From an uncultured Bacteroidota bacterium (GTDB taxonomy: Bacteria > Bacteroidota > Ignavibacteria > Kryptoniales > JAKASW01), in assembly GCA_963703215.1 (NCBI GenBank), contig OY969800.1, positions 3,151,297 to 3,215,296 on the forward strand: 64,000 nucleotides of DNA, given 5' to 3'. A program made the position numbers and the translations under genes. The notes under the pieces are model-generated. The model had not been told where the DNA came from and did no database searches. It was given only the letters and a program-made list of their open reading frames with translations. This document shows, piece by piece, positions 46,199 to 57,156 of the stretch. Positions within the stretch are counted from its first letter, which is position 1, and each line of letters opens with the position of its first letter.

Positions 46199-47679
46199 AC
46201 GTGATAGTTGGGCGCCTCTTCAACGATGTCCACATCATGCGGATGGCTCTCACTAAGTCCGGCAGAAGTAATTCTGACAAACCTCCCGTTCTTTCTTAGC
46301 TCTCCAATATTCTTGCAGCCTAAATAACCCATAGCGGCCCTAAGTCCGCCAACCATCTGATATACCGTGTCGCTTAGCGGCCCGCGATATGGAACACGTC
46401 CCTCAATACCCTCAGGTACAAGTTTTTTTATATCGTCCTCTACATCCTGGAAATACCGGTCGGCGCTTCCACCTTTCATTGCTTCGAGTGAGCCCATCCC
46501 CCGGTAAGTCTTGTATGCTCTCCCTTCGTAGAGCACTTTTTGACCCGGACTTTCTTCGACTCCGGCGAATAAGTTACCGATCATGACACAGTCAGCTCCC
46601 GCAGCGATTGCCTTAGCGATGTCGCCCGTCTGTTTGATCCCACCATCCGCGATAATCGGGATGTCATATTTGGCTGCCACCGCCGCGCATTCCATTACCG
46701 CAGTGATTTGCGGTATCCCGATCCCCGCAACAACGCGGGTCGTGCAAATACTCCCGGGACCGATGCCGACCTTTATAGCATCGGCACCAGCCTTAACTAA
46801 TTCAACAGTTCCTTCTTTCGTCCCGACATTTCCCGCAACTAATTCAAGATGAGGAAATTTCTTCTTCAACGTCTTGACCATGTTTATCACGCCGCGGGAA
46901 TGTCCATGTGCAGTGTCAACGATAACTACATCCACTCCAGCTTTTGCCAGAGCTTCCACCCGTTCCATCGTCTCCGACTTCACGCCAACAGCTGCACCGA
47001 CGCGTAATCTTCCGCGCTCATCCTTGCACGCATTTGGAAAACTCTTCTTCTTCTGGATGTCCTTATAGGTTATCATTCCGCGTAATTTTCCGGTTGAATC
47101 GACGACTGGTAGTTTTTCTATTTTATGTTTTTGCAGGATTTTCTCAGCGTCCTCAAGAGTCGTGCCGACCTTTGCAGTCACGAGATGCTCCTTAGTCATG
47201 AACTCACTTACCGTTCGGTCATGATCATCCACAAAACGTAAATCCCTATTCGTGAGAATGCCGACAAGCTTTTCCCCGCTTACTATTGGGATACCGGAAA
47301 TATGATACTTGCTCATCAGCGCAACCGCTTCGTGAATGGATCGATCTGGCTCCAGCTTAATCGGATCATCGATCATTCCGCTCTCCGAGCGTTTGACTAA
47401 CGAGACTTCGTTTGCCTGCTGTTCGACGGAAAAATTCTTGTGGATAATCCCAATCCCACCTTCGCGCGCCAACGCAATTGCTAGCTCCCCTTCCGTTACT
47501 GTATCCATCGCTGCACTGACAAGAGGGATTCGGAGCTTAATTGTTTTTGTGAGCCTTGTCTGTACGTCTGTCTCACGCGGAAGGACAGTTGAATAATTTG
47601 GCACCAGTAGTACATCATCAAATGTCAGAGCGTCGCCGATAATTTTCTTACCAATTCCCATCTGATTCTTCTCCATCAA
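46195..47679 (-). CDS. guaB: IMP dehydrogenase
   Basis: [11 protein letters not shown], tandem CBS domains, [11 protein letters not shown] (catalytic Cys loop), and GSLEAM. Confidence 0.95.
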   Translation of the reverse strand: MMEKNQMGIGKKIIGDALTFDDVLLVPNYSTVLPRETDVQTRLTKTIKLRIPLVSAAMDTVTEGELAIALAREGGIGIIHKNFSVEQQANEVSLVKRSESGMIDDPIKLEPDRSIHEAVALMSKYHISGIPIVSGEKLVGILTNRDLRFVDDHDRTVSEFMTKEHLVTAKVGTTLEDAEKILQKHKIEKLPVVDSTGKLRGMITYKDIQKKKSFPNACKDERGRLRVGAAVGVKSETMERVEALAKAGVDVVIVDTAHGHSRGVINMVKTLKKKFPHLELVAGNVGTKEGTVELVKAGADAIKVGIGPGSICTTRVVAGIGIPQITAVMECAAVAAKYDIPIIADGGIKQTGDIAKAIAAGADCVMIGNLFAGVEESPGQKVLYEGRAYKTYRGMGSLEAMKGGSADRYFQDVEDDIKKLVPEGIEGRVPYRGPLSDTVYQMVGGLRAAMGYLGCKNIGELRKNGRFVRITSAGLSESHPHDVDIVEEAPNYHV

Positions 47680-48839
47680 CTGAATGCTTGAATTCCTGTA
47701 ATATCACTTCCAATTATTAAAGTGTGTATATCGTGTGTACCTTCGTACGTGTAAACGCTTTCGAGATTTGCCATATGACGCATCACCGGATATTCATCCA
47801 AGATTCCATTCGCTCCGAGAATTGTTCTTGCCGCTCGCGCAATTTCAAGTGCAAAGTGGACATTGTTTCTTTTGGCAAGCGAGACCTGTGTGAATTTTAT
47901 TTTCCCCTGATCCTTAAGTCTTCCAAGCTGGAGATTTAGAAGCTGTGCTTTCGTTATCTCAGTCAACATGAAGACTAATTTTTCCTGGGTCATTTGAAAG
48001 GAAGCAATTGGCCTGCCGAACTGAATTCGAGACTTCGCATAGTTTATGGCAGCTTCATAACATGCCATCGCGGCTCCCACTGCTCCCCAGGCAATTCCAA
48101 ATCGAGCTTGATCGAGACACATCAGCGGCGATTTCAGCCCGCCGGACTTTGGCAGAATGTTTTCATCCGGAATCTCGCAGTCTTGAAAAATCAGTTCACT
48201 TGTTACCGATGCGCGAAGCGAATGCTTGCCCTTCATTTCGGGTGCGGAGAAACCCGAAGTTCCTTTTTCGACAAGAAACCCCTTTACCTCGCCATCCAGT
48301 TTCGCCCACACAACAGCAACGTCTGCGATGGTCCCGTTTGTGATCCACATCTTCGCGCCGTTGAGCAAATATTTATTTCCTTTCTTCTCGGCGCGCGTTA
48401 TCATCCCGCCGGGATCCGACCCATGGTCAGGTTCAGTCAAGCCGAAACATCCAATCGCATCACCTTTCGAAAGCAGCGGAAGCCAGCGACCCTTTTGGTT
48501 CTCCGAACCGAATGTGAAAATCGGGTACATCACAAGGCTGCTTTGCACCGATGCGAAACTTCTGACGCTTGAATCACCTCGCTCAAGCTCCTGCATGATC
48601 AGCCCGTGTGCCACGTTGTTAAGCTCTGCACATCCATATTGTCCCGAAAAAGTTGATCCGAGAATTCCTAGTTCACCCATTTTCTTGACAAGGTGAATTG
48701 GAAAATTACCTTCACGATAATTTCTTTCAATAATGGGGATCACTTCTTGAGATACGAAGCCGCGCACGGTGTCCCTGATAAGTTTTTCTTCTAAGGATAG
48801 AAGACTTTCAGTGTTGTAATAATCGACGCCGCCAAACAT
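47676..48839 (-). CDS. acyl-CoA dehydrogenase, glutaryl-CoA dehydrogenase-like
   Basis: [17 protein letters not shown]..., KMWITNG, and YEGTHDIH near the C-terminus fit the GcdH-type pattern. Confidence 0.8.
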   Translation of the reverse strand: MFGGVDYYNTESLLSLEEKLIRDTVRGFVSQEVIPIIERNYREGNFPIHLVKKMGELGILGSTFSGQYGCAELNNVAHGLIMQELERGDSSVRSFASVQSSLVMYPIFTFGSENQKGRWLPLLSKGDAIGCFGLTEPDHGSDPGGMITRAEKKGNKYLLNGAKMWITNGTIADVAVVWAKLDGEVKGFLVEKGTSGFSAPEMKGKHSLRASVTSELIFQDCEIPDENILPKSGGLKSPLMCLDQARFGIAWGAVGAAMACYEAAINYAKSRIQFGRPIASFQMTQEKLVFMLTEITKAQLLNLQLGRLKDQGKIKFTQVSLAKRNNVHFALEIARAARTILGANGILDEYPVMRHMANLESVYTYEGTHDIHTLIIGSDITGIQAFS

Positions 48840-48876
48840 TACGATCTCAACTTGTGGGGAGGAACATTTCTAATCT

Positions 48877-48899
48877 AAAAAATCCGCTTCTAAGCGGAT
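48877..48899 (-). terminator. terminator-like hairpin in the 5' leader of the gcdH-like/guaB operon
   Basis: On the minus strand, atccgct-taga-agcggat forms a 7-bp stem followed by T6, 37 nt upstream of the ATG at 48839. There is no minus-strand gene upstream of it. Confidence 0.35.
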
Positions 48900-49099
48900 C
48901 GGCTTGAATAGGATTTTAACCAAGAAACTGAAGAAAATCAAGGATAGCAGCCACTTTCGGAAACATCAGTAACAGATGCCAATCGCCTCGATTAATATTT
49001 GAAATTCGATTTGGATTTCTTTAGCTTTCTCGACGGAATTCCTGTTGCACTTTTTCAATTCATAGAAGCGTAAGAGAGCAAAATATATTGGGAAATAAA

Positions 49100-49870
49100 A
49101 TGGATTCCTTCGCAGGAAAAACTGTTATTGTAACTGGAGCTTCAAGCGGAATCGGAAGGGAAACCGCGAAAGCATTTTCGGAAAATGGCGCCCGCGTCGT
49201 GGCCTTCGCGCGGAATGAGACTCGTCTCCGCTCATTAAGAGATGAATGCGATGATCATGGAGGAAGAATCTTGACGATATCCGGTGATGTGACAAATGGA
49301 CAAGACCGGAGGAGACTAGTTGACGCGGCGCTTAACGACTTCGGAGGAATCGATGTTCTCATCAACGCCGCAGGTATAATAGCCAACGGTACAATTGAAA
49401 ATACGACTGAGGCGCAGTGGGATGAAATGTTTGACATAAATCTGCGTTCGGTTTTTAGATTGATGCAGCTTGCAATGCCTCATCTCATAAAGTCCAGAGG
49501 AAACGTCGTGAACGTCTCAAGCGTCACCGGCATCCGTTCATTTCCAAATGTCCTTGCGTATTGCGTAAGCAAAGCAGGAGTTGACCAGTTAACTCGCTGC
49601 GCCGCTCTTGAAGTGGCGCCAAAGGGAGTGAGAATCAATGCGGTTAATCCCGGAGTAGTTGTTACCAATCTTCACAAGGCTAGCGGGATGGACGATACGC
49701 AATATGAAAATTTTCTTGAGCATTCTAAATCAACTCACCCCATTGGAAGAGCCGGTTTCGCCAAAGAAGTTGCCGAACTAATTTTATTTCTCGCATCAGA
49801 AAATGCAGGGTGGATAACCGGAGTAAGTTACAGTATCGATGGAGGAAGAGCACAGACTTGCTTAAGATAG
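49100..49870 (+). CDS. SDR-family oxidoreductase (FabG-like)
   Basis: TGASSGIG, NAAG, and S...YxxxK (YCVSKAG). I prefer ATG 49100 over the TTG at 49088 used by the track. Confidence 0.85.
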   Translation: MDSFAGKTVIVTGASSGIGRETAKAFSENGARVVAFARNETRLRSLRDECDDHGGRILTISGDVTNGQDRRRLVDAALNDFGGIDVLINAAGIIANGTIENTTEAQWDEMFDINLRSVFRLMQLAMPHLIKSRGNVVNVSSVTGIRSFPNVLAYCVSKAGVDQLTRCAALEVAPKGVRINAVNPGVVVTNLHKASGMDDTQYENFLEHSKSTHPIGRAGFAKEVAELILFLASENAGWITGVSYSIDGGRAQTCLR

Positions 49871-49987
49871 ATCAAGAGCAAGATTCAAAATAAAGCCACG
49901 ATTCAAATATTAGAATTGACCAGCAGAAGCTTTATATTTGACACATAGTTTTGATTTTTTAATATCGAACTAATAAGGAGATTTCCG

Positions 49988-50518
49988 ATGCCTGAAGAAT
50001 TAGATGATGAATTACAGGAAATGTTTGTGGATCCAAAGAGGCGAGAGAAGACTTTGTCAAATGAAGTCCTTCGACTCCCTATAAAAGTGCTAAAGCTCCA
50101 AGAAGCAGTTACAGTTTCCCCTTCGACTACAATTCAGAAAGCTGTTGAAGAAATGCAAAAGCACAGAGAAGGATGCGTTCTAATTGTGGAATCTGAGAAG
50201 CTTACCGGCATTCTTACAGAGAGAGATCTCTTGTATAAAGTGATAGGAAAAATAAAAGATTTATCTTCAGTCGCCGTATCAGGTTACTCAACGAATAATC
50301 CCGAAAGCATGAAGCTAAGTGATAGCATCGGTCACGCTCTGAACCTCATGCACGTTGGCGGTTATCGACATATTCCCGTAGTCGATGATGAACACAGGCC
50401 AACTGGAGTTATCTCGATAAAAGATGCAGTGGCCTTTCTCTCAGAGTTTTTCCCTGAGGATGTTTTAAACATTCCGTCAAAGCCTCTCAGAGTCACAACC
50501 GAGCGAGAGGGTGCTTAA
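49988..50518 (+). CDS. CBS domain-pair protein
   Basis: There are two CBS-like units (...GCVLIVESEKLTGILTERDLLYKV and ...GGYRHIPVVDDEHRPTGVISIKD). AAGGAG precedes the ATG. Confidence 0.75.
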   Translation: MPEELDDELQEMFVDPKRREKTLSNEVLRLPIKVLKLQEAVTVSPSTTIQKAVEEMQKHREGCVLIVESEKLTGILTERDLLYKVIGKIKDLSSVAVSGYSTNNPESMKLSDSIGHALNLMHVGGYRHIPVVDDEHRPTGVISIKDAVAFLSEFFPEDVLNIPSKPLRVTTEREGA

Positions 50519-50561
50519 AAAATCGAGATTGAAGATCATAGGGCATGAATGGTCACCTGAG

Positions 50562-51698
50562 TCATCTCAGCGACCTTCTGAATCTGTTCACGCTTAATGA
50601 CAGAACGGCTGTTCCGATAACTAAGAGCGCAAGCGTCTGGGGTATCAAATCGCCAAAGCTGTCTCCTTTCAAGAAGATTCCACGCACGATTTCGAGAGCA
50701 TACCTCATTGGAATCACGTATGTCAGGTACTGGAAAAACTTTGGCATATTCTCTATAGGAAAAATAAAACCAGAGAGTATAAGCATTGGAAATAACAGCA
50801 GGAATTGAGCTGTCATGGTCGCCTGCTGCTGAGTTTTTGAGACTGACGAAACAAATATTCCGAGGCCAAGCCCGACAATAACGAACAAAATACTCAGCGT
50901 GAGCAGAGCGGGTAGGCTTCCCGTCAACGGGATCTTAAAGAAGAAAACAGCTATAATCAGGACAAGAGACACCTGAATGAATCCAGTGATCGTGAAGGGG
51001 ATCATCTTGCCGAGAATGAACTCTGAATCCCGCAGAGGCGTAACGACTATCTGTTCGATTGTGCCGGCTTCTTTTTCTTTCACGATCGCCATTGCACTGA
51101 TAACCGTCATGACCAGCATCAGAACCATCACGAGAACGCCGGGCACCATGAAATTCAAGCTTTTCAAATCCTGATTGTACCATGCTCTCGTTTGTGCGGT
51201 CACCTGCGGCAGGTCGTCGGGATTCTTGATGAGGTTGAACTTCTCGGCACGCTGTACCAGTATATTCCGCGCATAGCTGAGGGCGATGTTGCTTGCGTAG
51301 CTCAATCCTATTCCACCGGTGTTGGAGTCCGATCCGTCTGCGGCCACTGCAAGCTGTGGATTTCTTCCCGCCAATAAGTCACGACCGAAATTGACAGGAA
51401 CAATAATAGCGATCGCCGCCTTGCTGCTCTGAAAATAGTCGTCTACATTGCCAATATTCTCCGTGCGGCCGACAAGATTGAAATAACCAGATCCGGAATA
51501 ATGCTCAACCAGCTCCCTGCTTTGTTTACTATTATCAAGGTCGCAGACGACCACCGGAATGTTCTTTATGTCCAATGAAGCCGCATAGCCAAGAAGAAAC
51601 AACTGAAGAACCGGCGCCAAGAATAACATCCCAACCATCCTCTTATCTCTGCGCATCTGGAGAAACTCTTTTCTAACGACGTAGAACACTCTTTTCAT
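50562..51698 (-). CDS. ABC-2 type transporter permease
   Basis: The N-terminus MKRVFYVVRKEFLQMRRDKR, a large periplasmic loop, and six TM helices are typical of YbhS/YbhR-like permeases. I chose the start at 51698, just after the upstream stop. Confidence 0.8.
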   Translation of the reverse strand: MKRVFYVVRKEFLQMRRDKRMVGMLFLAPVLQLFLLGYAASLDIKNIPVVVCDLDNSKQSRELVEHYSGSGYFNLVGRTENIGNVDDYFQSSKAAIAIIVPVNFGRDLLAGRNPQLAVAADGSDSNTGGIGLSYASNIALSYARNILVQRAEKFNLIKNPDDLPQVTAQTRAWYNQDLKSLNFMVPGVLVMVLMLVMTVISAMAIVKEKEAGTIEQIVVTPLRDSEFILGKMIPFTITGFIQVSLVLIIAVFFFKIPLTGSLPALLTLSILFVIVGLGLGIFVSSVSKTQQQATMTAQFLLLFPMLILSGFIFPIENMPKFFQYLTYVIPMRYALEIVRGIFLKGDSFGDLIPQTLALLVIGTAVLSLSVNRFRRSLR

Positions 51699-51699
51699 A

Positions 51700-52842
51700 T
51701 CATATCCCTTTAGTAGCCATGCGTCTTGACGCCACTGCAAGCACAGCCACGAGAATCAGCAACAAAGGTGCCACCTGGTCCCAAATGTTGAGAATTCCTG
51801 CCCCCTTTAGAAGAATTCCTCGCAATGACGAGATGAAATATCTCCCAGGGAAAATATACGTTATGGCCCGCAGCCAGAACGGCATACTGCTTATCGGAAA
51901 AATAAATCCAGACAGGATCATGTTTGGCAAAAATCCCAGCGCCCCCGCTGCTAAATACGCCTGAGCCTGATTGGTCGTAACAGTTGATATAAGAATTCCT
52001 ATCCCAAGACTTGCAATCAGGAATAAAATCGTCACAAATCCCAGCAACAGGATGCTGCCCCTGACCGGTATGCCAAATAACACCACCCCGACCGCGATAA
52101 CCGCAGTCGCGGCTATCAAAGACAAAACAAAATACAATAGGATTTTCCCGGTTATTACCTCCAAAGGTCTGACGGGTGCAAGAAGGATATGCTCCATGGT
52201 ACCGCGTTCTTTCTCACGCACAATGGAAATCGCGGGGACCAACATGGTTAGGACCATCAAAATGAAAGCCACCAACCCTGGAACAAGATATTTCATGCTT
52301 TGCAATTCTGGATTGTAATAAACTCTCGGACGAAAATCTATTGCTCCAGTTGAAATTGTGAAACCTTTCTTACTCATATAATCCACAGTCAGAACTTGCG
52401 AGTAGTTCTGAATTATTCCTTCAATGTATCCCAAGATGATGGTGGCATTATTTGAATTCGTACCATCGACCACGACCTGAACATTGGTACTCTTGCCACG
52501 AAGGATATCTTTCGCATAATCCCGTGGAATGACCATCACCGCCGTTGCCTTTCCATCTTGTATGAACTTGTCAACTGCGGGTTCTTCAGAGACGTTCCCA
52601 GCAAAATCGAAATATTCCGTGCTGAAGAATTTTCGCATCAACTCCCGGCTCTCCTTGGTATGCGATTCGTCGAGAATTCCCAATCTCACGTGTTTCACAT
52701 CAAAATTGAGCGCGTATCCGTAAAGCAGAAGCATCATCACAGGAGTGAAGATGATCGCAGCCAAAGTCAACCTGTCGCGCTTAAGTTGACGAAATTCTTT
52801 TGTGTATATCGTTATGATATTTTCAAACAATCTACGTCCCAT
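51700..52842 (-). CDS. ABC-2 type transporter permease
   Basis: A paralogue of the downstream permease (IYTKEFRQLKRDRLT...). I prefer the internal ATG at 52842. The track start is 52914. Confidence 0.75.
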   Translation of the reverse strand: MGRRLFENIITIYTKEFRQLKRDRLTLAAIIFTPVMMLLLYGYALNFDVKHVRLGILDESHTKESRELMRKFFSTEYFDFAGNVSEEPAVDKFIQDGKATAVMVIPRDYAKDILRGKSTNVQVVVDGTNSNNATIILGYIEGIIQNYSQVLTVDYMSKKGFTISTGAIDFRPRVYYNPELQSMKYLVPGLVAFILMVLTMLVPAISIVREKERGTMEHILLAPVRPLEVITGKILLYFVLSLIAATAVIAVGVVLFGIPVRGSILLLGFVTILFLIASLGIGILISTVTTNQAQAYLAAGALGFLPNMILSGFIFPISSMPFWLRAITYIFPGRYFISSLRGILLKGAGILNIWDQVAPLLLILVAVLAVASRRMATKGI

Positions 52843-53758
52843 TTCCCCTGTTTGCGTTGACAAAAATGTCCTCAAGAGTAGGGGCAGCCTTCTTAATGGA
52901 GAACGTTTCGACACTATTCTTTCTCAGAAACTCTTTAAGAGTCGAAACTGGATCGTCCGTCATGGCAAAAACATGGACGTTTCCACCCAAGATCGCGGCT
53001 TCCGTTATCCATGATTCTGGTTCCAACAAATTGAAGACATGAATCGGATCCTTTGTTTCAATTTCAAATAACGGCAGGTCGGCAAATTCCCGCCTGATAC
53101 CTTCGGGAGAACCATGCACCACTATGTTTCCTGCGTGCATCATGAGAATACTTTCGCAGAATTCCGCCTCTTCGAGGTGATGTGTCGTGACAATGATTGT
53201 CGCTCCTTCCTGAGCGAGCTTTCCGATCAATCTCCAAAACTTATCGCGAATAACCGGATCGACTCCGCTTGTGGGTTCATCCAAGAAGACGACCTTCGGC
53301 TGATGCAGAACGGCGCATCCGAGAGCCAGTCTTTGACGCCACCCAAGCGGCAAATCAGAAGTCAGAAGGTCCTCCTTCCCGGCCAAATCAGCAACTGCGA
53401 CGACCCATTCCATCCTCTCCTTCAACCTGCTGTTGCTAAGTCCGTAAACTCCGCCGTAAAATTCAATATTCTCTTGGACCGTTAGGTCACCGTATAGCGA
53501 AAACCTCTGAGACATGTACCCGATGCTTTGTCTGACTTTTTCAGGATGGTGTGCCACGTCGAAACCTGCGACGAAAGCTTCGCCGGATGTCGGCCGCGTC
53601 AACCCGCAAAGCATTTTCATCGTAGTGGTCTTACCTGCTCCATTTGCGCCTATGAATCCCACGATCTTTCCTTCTTCCACCTCAAAGGAAATCGAATTAA
53701 CGGCGACAAAACTTCCGAATTTCTTCGTGAGATCGACGGCTTTGATCGCTGGTGACAT
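52832..53758 (-). CDS. ABC transporter ATP-binding protein
   Basis: Walker A GANGAGKTT, the Walker B stretch VVFLDEPTSGVD, and the H-loop TTHHLEE. The signature-motif region is diverged. Confidence 0.88.
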   Translation of the reverse strand: MSPAIKAVDLTKKFGSFVAVNSISFEVEEGKIVGFIGANGAGKTTTMKMLCGLTRPTSGEAFVAGFDVAHHPEKVRQSIGYMSQRFSLYGDLTVQENIEFYGGVYGLSNSRLKERMEWVVAVADLAGKEDLLTSDLPLGWRQRLALGCAVLHQPKVVFLDEPTSGVDPVIRDKFWRLIGKLAQEGATIIVTTHHLEEAEFCESILMMHAGNIVVHGSPEGIRREFADLPLFEIETKDPIHVFNLLEPESWITEAAILGGNVHVFAMTDDPVSTLKEFLRKNSVETFSIKKAAPTLEDIFVNANRGNGT

Positions 53759-53872
53759 CTTTATTGAGAAATTTAAATTCTAAATTGTGAATTGTGAATT
53801 TTGCACAAACGGCTTCTTCCAAGAATTATCGAACACGAATTTAAAATTGAGAATCTAAAATTCATAATTCTC

Positions 53873-55195
53873 TTAGAGTTGTCCTGTTGCTTTTTCCAGA
53901 CTAATGCGTGCCACCTCAAGACCGGTCAGAGCCTGAGTGTAATTCAGCTTTGCCTGCAGCAAAGCAATCTCAGCATCCATCAAATCGGTGTTTGTAACCA
54001 GGCCGACTTTGAATTTCTGGTCGGAAATTCTATAGCTCTCTTCAGCGTCGTTCACCGCTGTCTGAGCGACGGCAATTTTATCTTTTGCCTGTTTGAAATT
54101 CAGGTAGCTTTGGGTCACATCGAGATAGACAGCGTCAGCAGCCTGCTTCTCTGCCCACTGCGTCTGTTCCCGTTGAGCGCGAGCTTCGTTCACTTTAGAT
54201 TCCGTTTGTCCCCAATTCCAGAGAGGAAGACTAAACTGGATCCCAGCATCCCACGTACCTTTGAACGCGTTAGTAGGAGGCTGAATTCTCTGGTTAGGAT
54301 TCTGGTAATAATAATCGCCGACCAGTATAATCTGTGGAAGGTAAGCTCCCCAGGCAGCGGCGACGGCGGCGTCAGCGGCTTGTTCTTTCATTTTTAAAGA
54401 CTGCAATTCGCTGCGATTCTCAAGTGCCGACTGAAGAAGCGAGCCGATAACTGGCATGGTCGTGTCACCTGTCTGCGGGGCCGACGTAATTTTATATTCT
54501 GTGTTTAATGGTACACCGAGAACATTGTCCAACGCCACGGCTGATAACCTGAGAACATTCTGTGCATCAAGAAGCATCAACTGGGCATTCGACACTTCCA
54601 CTTTTGCGCTGAGAACATCGCTTTGTGTAAGCATCCCTTGATTCAGCATGTCCTGTGCTTGTTTGTAGTGCGAATTTGTCCGGTCAAGATTTTCCTGCAT
54701 GAACTGCTCGGCTTGAAACGCCTGATAGAGATTCCAATATGAAGTAGCAATCTGAACTTTCAAATTTGATTTGTCTGCTTTTGAATCGTATGATGTTGCT
54801 TCAGCGGTTTTTTCCGCAGCCTTCGCCGAATTCTCGAGCTGTAATCCCGTGAAGACCGGTTGTTGAAGCTGTAATTGAAGATTGTAATTGTCAAAATAAA
54901 ACTGTGCTGCCTGGAATGAGTTCCCATATCCTGGGATTGAAAACGGTAGAGTTATGATGTAGGGGGGAACAGTCGACAATCTCGTATACCCGCCTTTAAA
55001 AGATAAGCTCGCCCAACGGTTTGCGTTGATCTCGCTCGACCTTTCCTGCGCTATATCCACGTTGAGGTCGGAAATTTTAAGCGACTTCGAATTGTCCAAA
55101 CCAATTTGAATTGCATCCTGCAAACTGAGCGGCGTCTGACTAAATGCCGATGCAGCAAAAGAGATTACTAAGATTGCCGAGAATATTCTATTCAC
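53873..55195 (-). CDS. TolC-family outer-membrane efflux protein
   Basis: 440 aa with a signal peptide and two repeated coiled-coil/beta halves, with a typical TolC sequence pattern (LSLQDAIQIGLDNS...). Confidence 0.8.
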   Translation of the reverse strand: MNRIFSAILVISFAASAFSQTPLSLQDAIQIGLDNSKSLKISDLNVDIAQERSSEINANRWASLSFKGGYTRLSTVPPYIITLPFSIPGYGNSFQAAQFYFDNYNLQLQLQQPVFTGLQLENSAKAAEKTAEATSYDSKADKSNLKVQIATSYWNLYQAFQAEQFMQENLDRTNSHYKQAQDMLNQGMLTQSDVLSAKVEVSNAQLMLLDAQNVLRLSAVALDNVLGVPLNTEYKITSAPQTGDTTMPVIGSLLQSALENRSELQSLKMKEQAADAAVAAAWGAYLPQIILVGDYYYQNPNQRIQPPTNAFKGTWDAGIQFSLPLWNWGQTESKVNEARAQREQTQWAEKQAADAVYLDVTQSYLNFKQAKDKIAVAQTAVNDAEESYRISDQKFKVGLVTNTDLMDAEIALLQAKLNYTQALTGLEVARISLEKATGQL

Positions 55196-55231
55196 TTTTG
55201 TTCCTCCATTATTTTAGCGTCCGGGTTTCAG

Positions 55232-56140
55232 CTAATTTTTAATCAAACTTGTAAAGATATTATCAAGCGATGCGCTGATTTCTTTCATTTCGGCTTTATC
55301 ATCAACTTGATTCTTTATTTCATCAATGACAGACTCAAGATCTTTTTCGGAAAAATGACTCGCGACGAAATTGATTCTATCGCCAAGTATTATGACGTTT
55401 CCTACGAAACTAAATTTTGAAATCGCGTCGTATGCCTTACTCAAGTTTTGCGAATGTATCTCAAAGACATGGAGAGATGTTTCCGAAGTCAATGCAGATA
55501 CCGCATCATATCGCAAAAGCTTGCCTTGATTGAATAGAGCAACCCTGTGGCAGCGTTCTGCTTCATTGAGATAGGGAGTTGACACCAATATTGTCATGTC
55601 ATCTTTCAGAAACGTCGCAAGTATCAGCCAGAGTTCTCTTCTCGAAACAGGATCAACTCCGGTCGTTGGCTCATCCAGAATCAAAATTTTCGGTTGATGG
55701 ATCACCGCACAGCATACTCCAAGCTTCTGTCTCATTCCGCCCGAGAGCTGGTCGCCAAGACGATTTTTGAATCCATTCAACCGGGCAAATTCGAGAAGCC
55801 GCTCACCTCTTTCGTGCCAGTCTTTAACCTGATGGATTCGTGCAAAAAATTCTATGTTTTCCCAGACAGTCAAATCGCCATAAGCCTGGCTGACCTGCGA
55901 TAGGTATCCGATCTCAGCTTTTAATTCCTGACGGTTTTCCTGAAATGTTTTATCGTTGACCACAATGGTTCCTTGACTTGGTTCCAGCGATCCGGCAAGC
56001 ATCCGCATGAATGTGGTCTTCCCTGCACCATCGGGTCCAATTATTCCCACAAGCTCGCCTCGCTCAATCGTCATGGACACGTTGTCGACGGCGAGAATCT
56101 CACCATACTTCTTCGTAAGGCTTTCGACTTGTATGATCAT
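55232..56140 (-). CDS. ABC transporter ATP-binding protein
   Basis: Walker A GPDGAGKTT, signature LSGGMRQK, and Walker B ILILDEPTTGVD. Confidence 0.88.
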   Translation of the reverse strand: MIIQVESLTKKYGEILAVDNVSMTIERGELVGIIGPDGAGKTTFMRMLAGSLEPSQGTIVVNDKTFQENRQELKAEIGYLSQVSQAYGDLTVWENIEFFARIHQVKDWHERGERLLEFARLNGFKNRLGDQLSGGMRQKLGVCCAVIHQPKILILDEPTTGVDPVSRRELWLILATFLKDDMTILVSTPYLNEAERCHRVALFNQGKLLRYDAVSALTSETSLHVFEIHSQNLSKAYDAISKFSFVGNVIILGDRINFVASHFSEKDLESVIDEIKNQVDDKAEMKEISASLDNIFTSLIKN

Positions 56141-57156
56141 TTCGTATGAATTGAAGCGTCTGCAGGTAAACCAGCCTTTAAATAATTTTCTTGATTTGCT
56201 ATTCCGATCTTCACAGCGAAAACTAATTTGATTCGGTCTTCTTTTGTCTCGACATTCTTAGGGGTAAATTCAGCTGTCGGGGAAATATAGATGACCTTTC
56301 CGTCGAACGGATGATCCTGCATTCCATCCAAGACGACTTTCGCATCATTGCCAAGTCTTATCTTACCGAGATCAACTTCGCTGACATAAACCGTCATCTT
56401 CATCGTCCTAAGATCCGAAACCGTATAAACTGGAGTGCCGATGTTCGCATAATCACCGATCTCAACCAGTTTTTCTAAGATGGTGCCGTCTATTGGTGAA
56501 ATCACGCAAGAATGTTCGAGTGAAATTGTGGCATAGTCGAGGGCAGCCTGAGCCTGTTCGACTTGGGCTGCGGCAGAACGAATTTCCTCCGGTCTCGCAA
56601 AATGCTGCATCTTCTCAAGATTTTGCTTCGAAGATTGCATCTGAGCCGATGCTACGTCATATTGTGCTTGAGCGGCATCCATTTGAGATTGAGAAACACT
56701 GTGGTCGTTGTAAAGCTTCTGAGTCCTATCAAGCGCAAGCTTGGCAAGATTGGAATTTGCTTCTGCCTCTTTCACTCCCTCTTCTGCCACTCTCAAGTCT
56801 TCGCTTCGCGCACCTTTGACAAGCAAATCATACTGTTGTCTGGCCATCGTGAGAGCAGCTTGGGCCTGATTCACCTGTTGTTGAAGCGTCCGATGATCGA
56901 TCTCTGCAAGCGTGTCTCCTTTCTTAACCAGCGCCCCCTCCTCAAAATTCATCTTGATGATTCTACCCGGGACTTGTGCCGCAATGGAGCTTTCCGTCGC
57001 TTCAATTGTTCCAGTCGCGCTTACGTCGTTCTTGCCCACATTGGAACCGCATCCAGCAAGAAGCAAGAAACAAGATGCAACGAGCAAGACCATGATGTTC
57101 TGTTTCTGGAACGCACGATGACTGGTTGCTGATAAATCAAATCCTCTATTGTTCAC
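56137..57156 (-). CDS. HlyD-family membrane-fusion protein
   Basis: TM/lipoprotein-like N-terminus, a lipoyl-like motif (GDTLAEID), a long coiled coil, and a beta-barrel C-terminus. Confidence 0.8.
   Translation of the reverse strand: MNNRGFDLSATSHRAFQKQNIMVLLVASCFLLLAGCGSNVGKNDVSATGTIEATESSIAAQVPGRIIKMNFEEGALVKKGDTLAEIDHRTLQQQVNQAQAALTMARQQYDLLVKGARSEDLRVAEEGVKEAEANSNLAKLALDRTQKLYNDHSVSQSQMDAAQAQYDVASAQMQSSKQNLEKMQHFARPEEIRSAAAQVEQAQAALDYATISLEHSCVISPIDGTILEKLVEIGDYANIGTPVYTVSDLRTMKMTVYVSEVDLGKIRLGNDAKVVLDGMQDHPFDGKVIYISPTAEFTPKNVETKEDRIKLVFAVKIGIANQENYLKAGLPADASIHTK

Noticed and set aside
53759-53872. AT-rich spacer with short tandem repeats (aattgtg aattgtg; aatttaaattctaaatt / aatttaaaattgagaatctaaaatt) between tolC and the second ABC ATPase gene.
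   Set aside because: It is low-complexity AT-rich sequence with only short, imperfect repeats. It may be an internal promoter, but nothing specific can be supported from the sequence alone.
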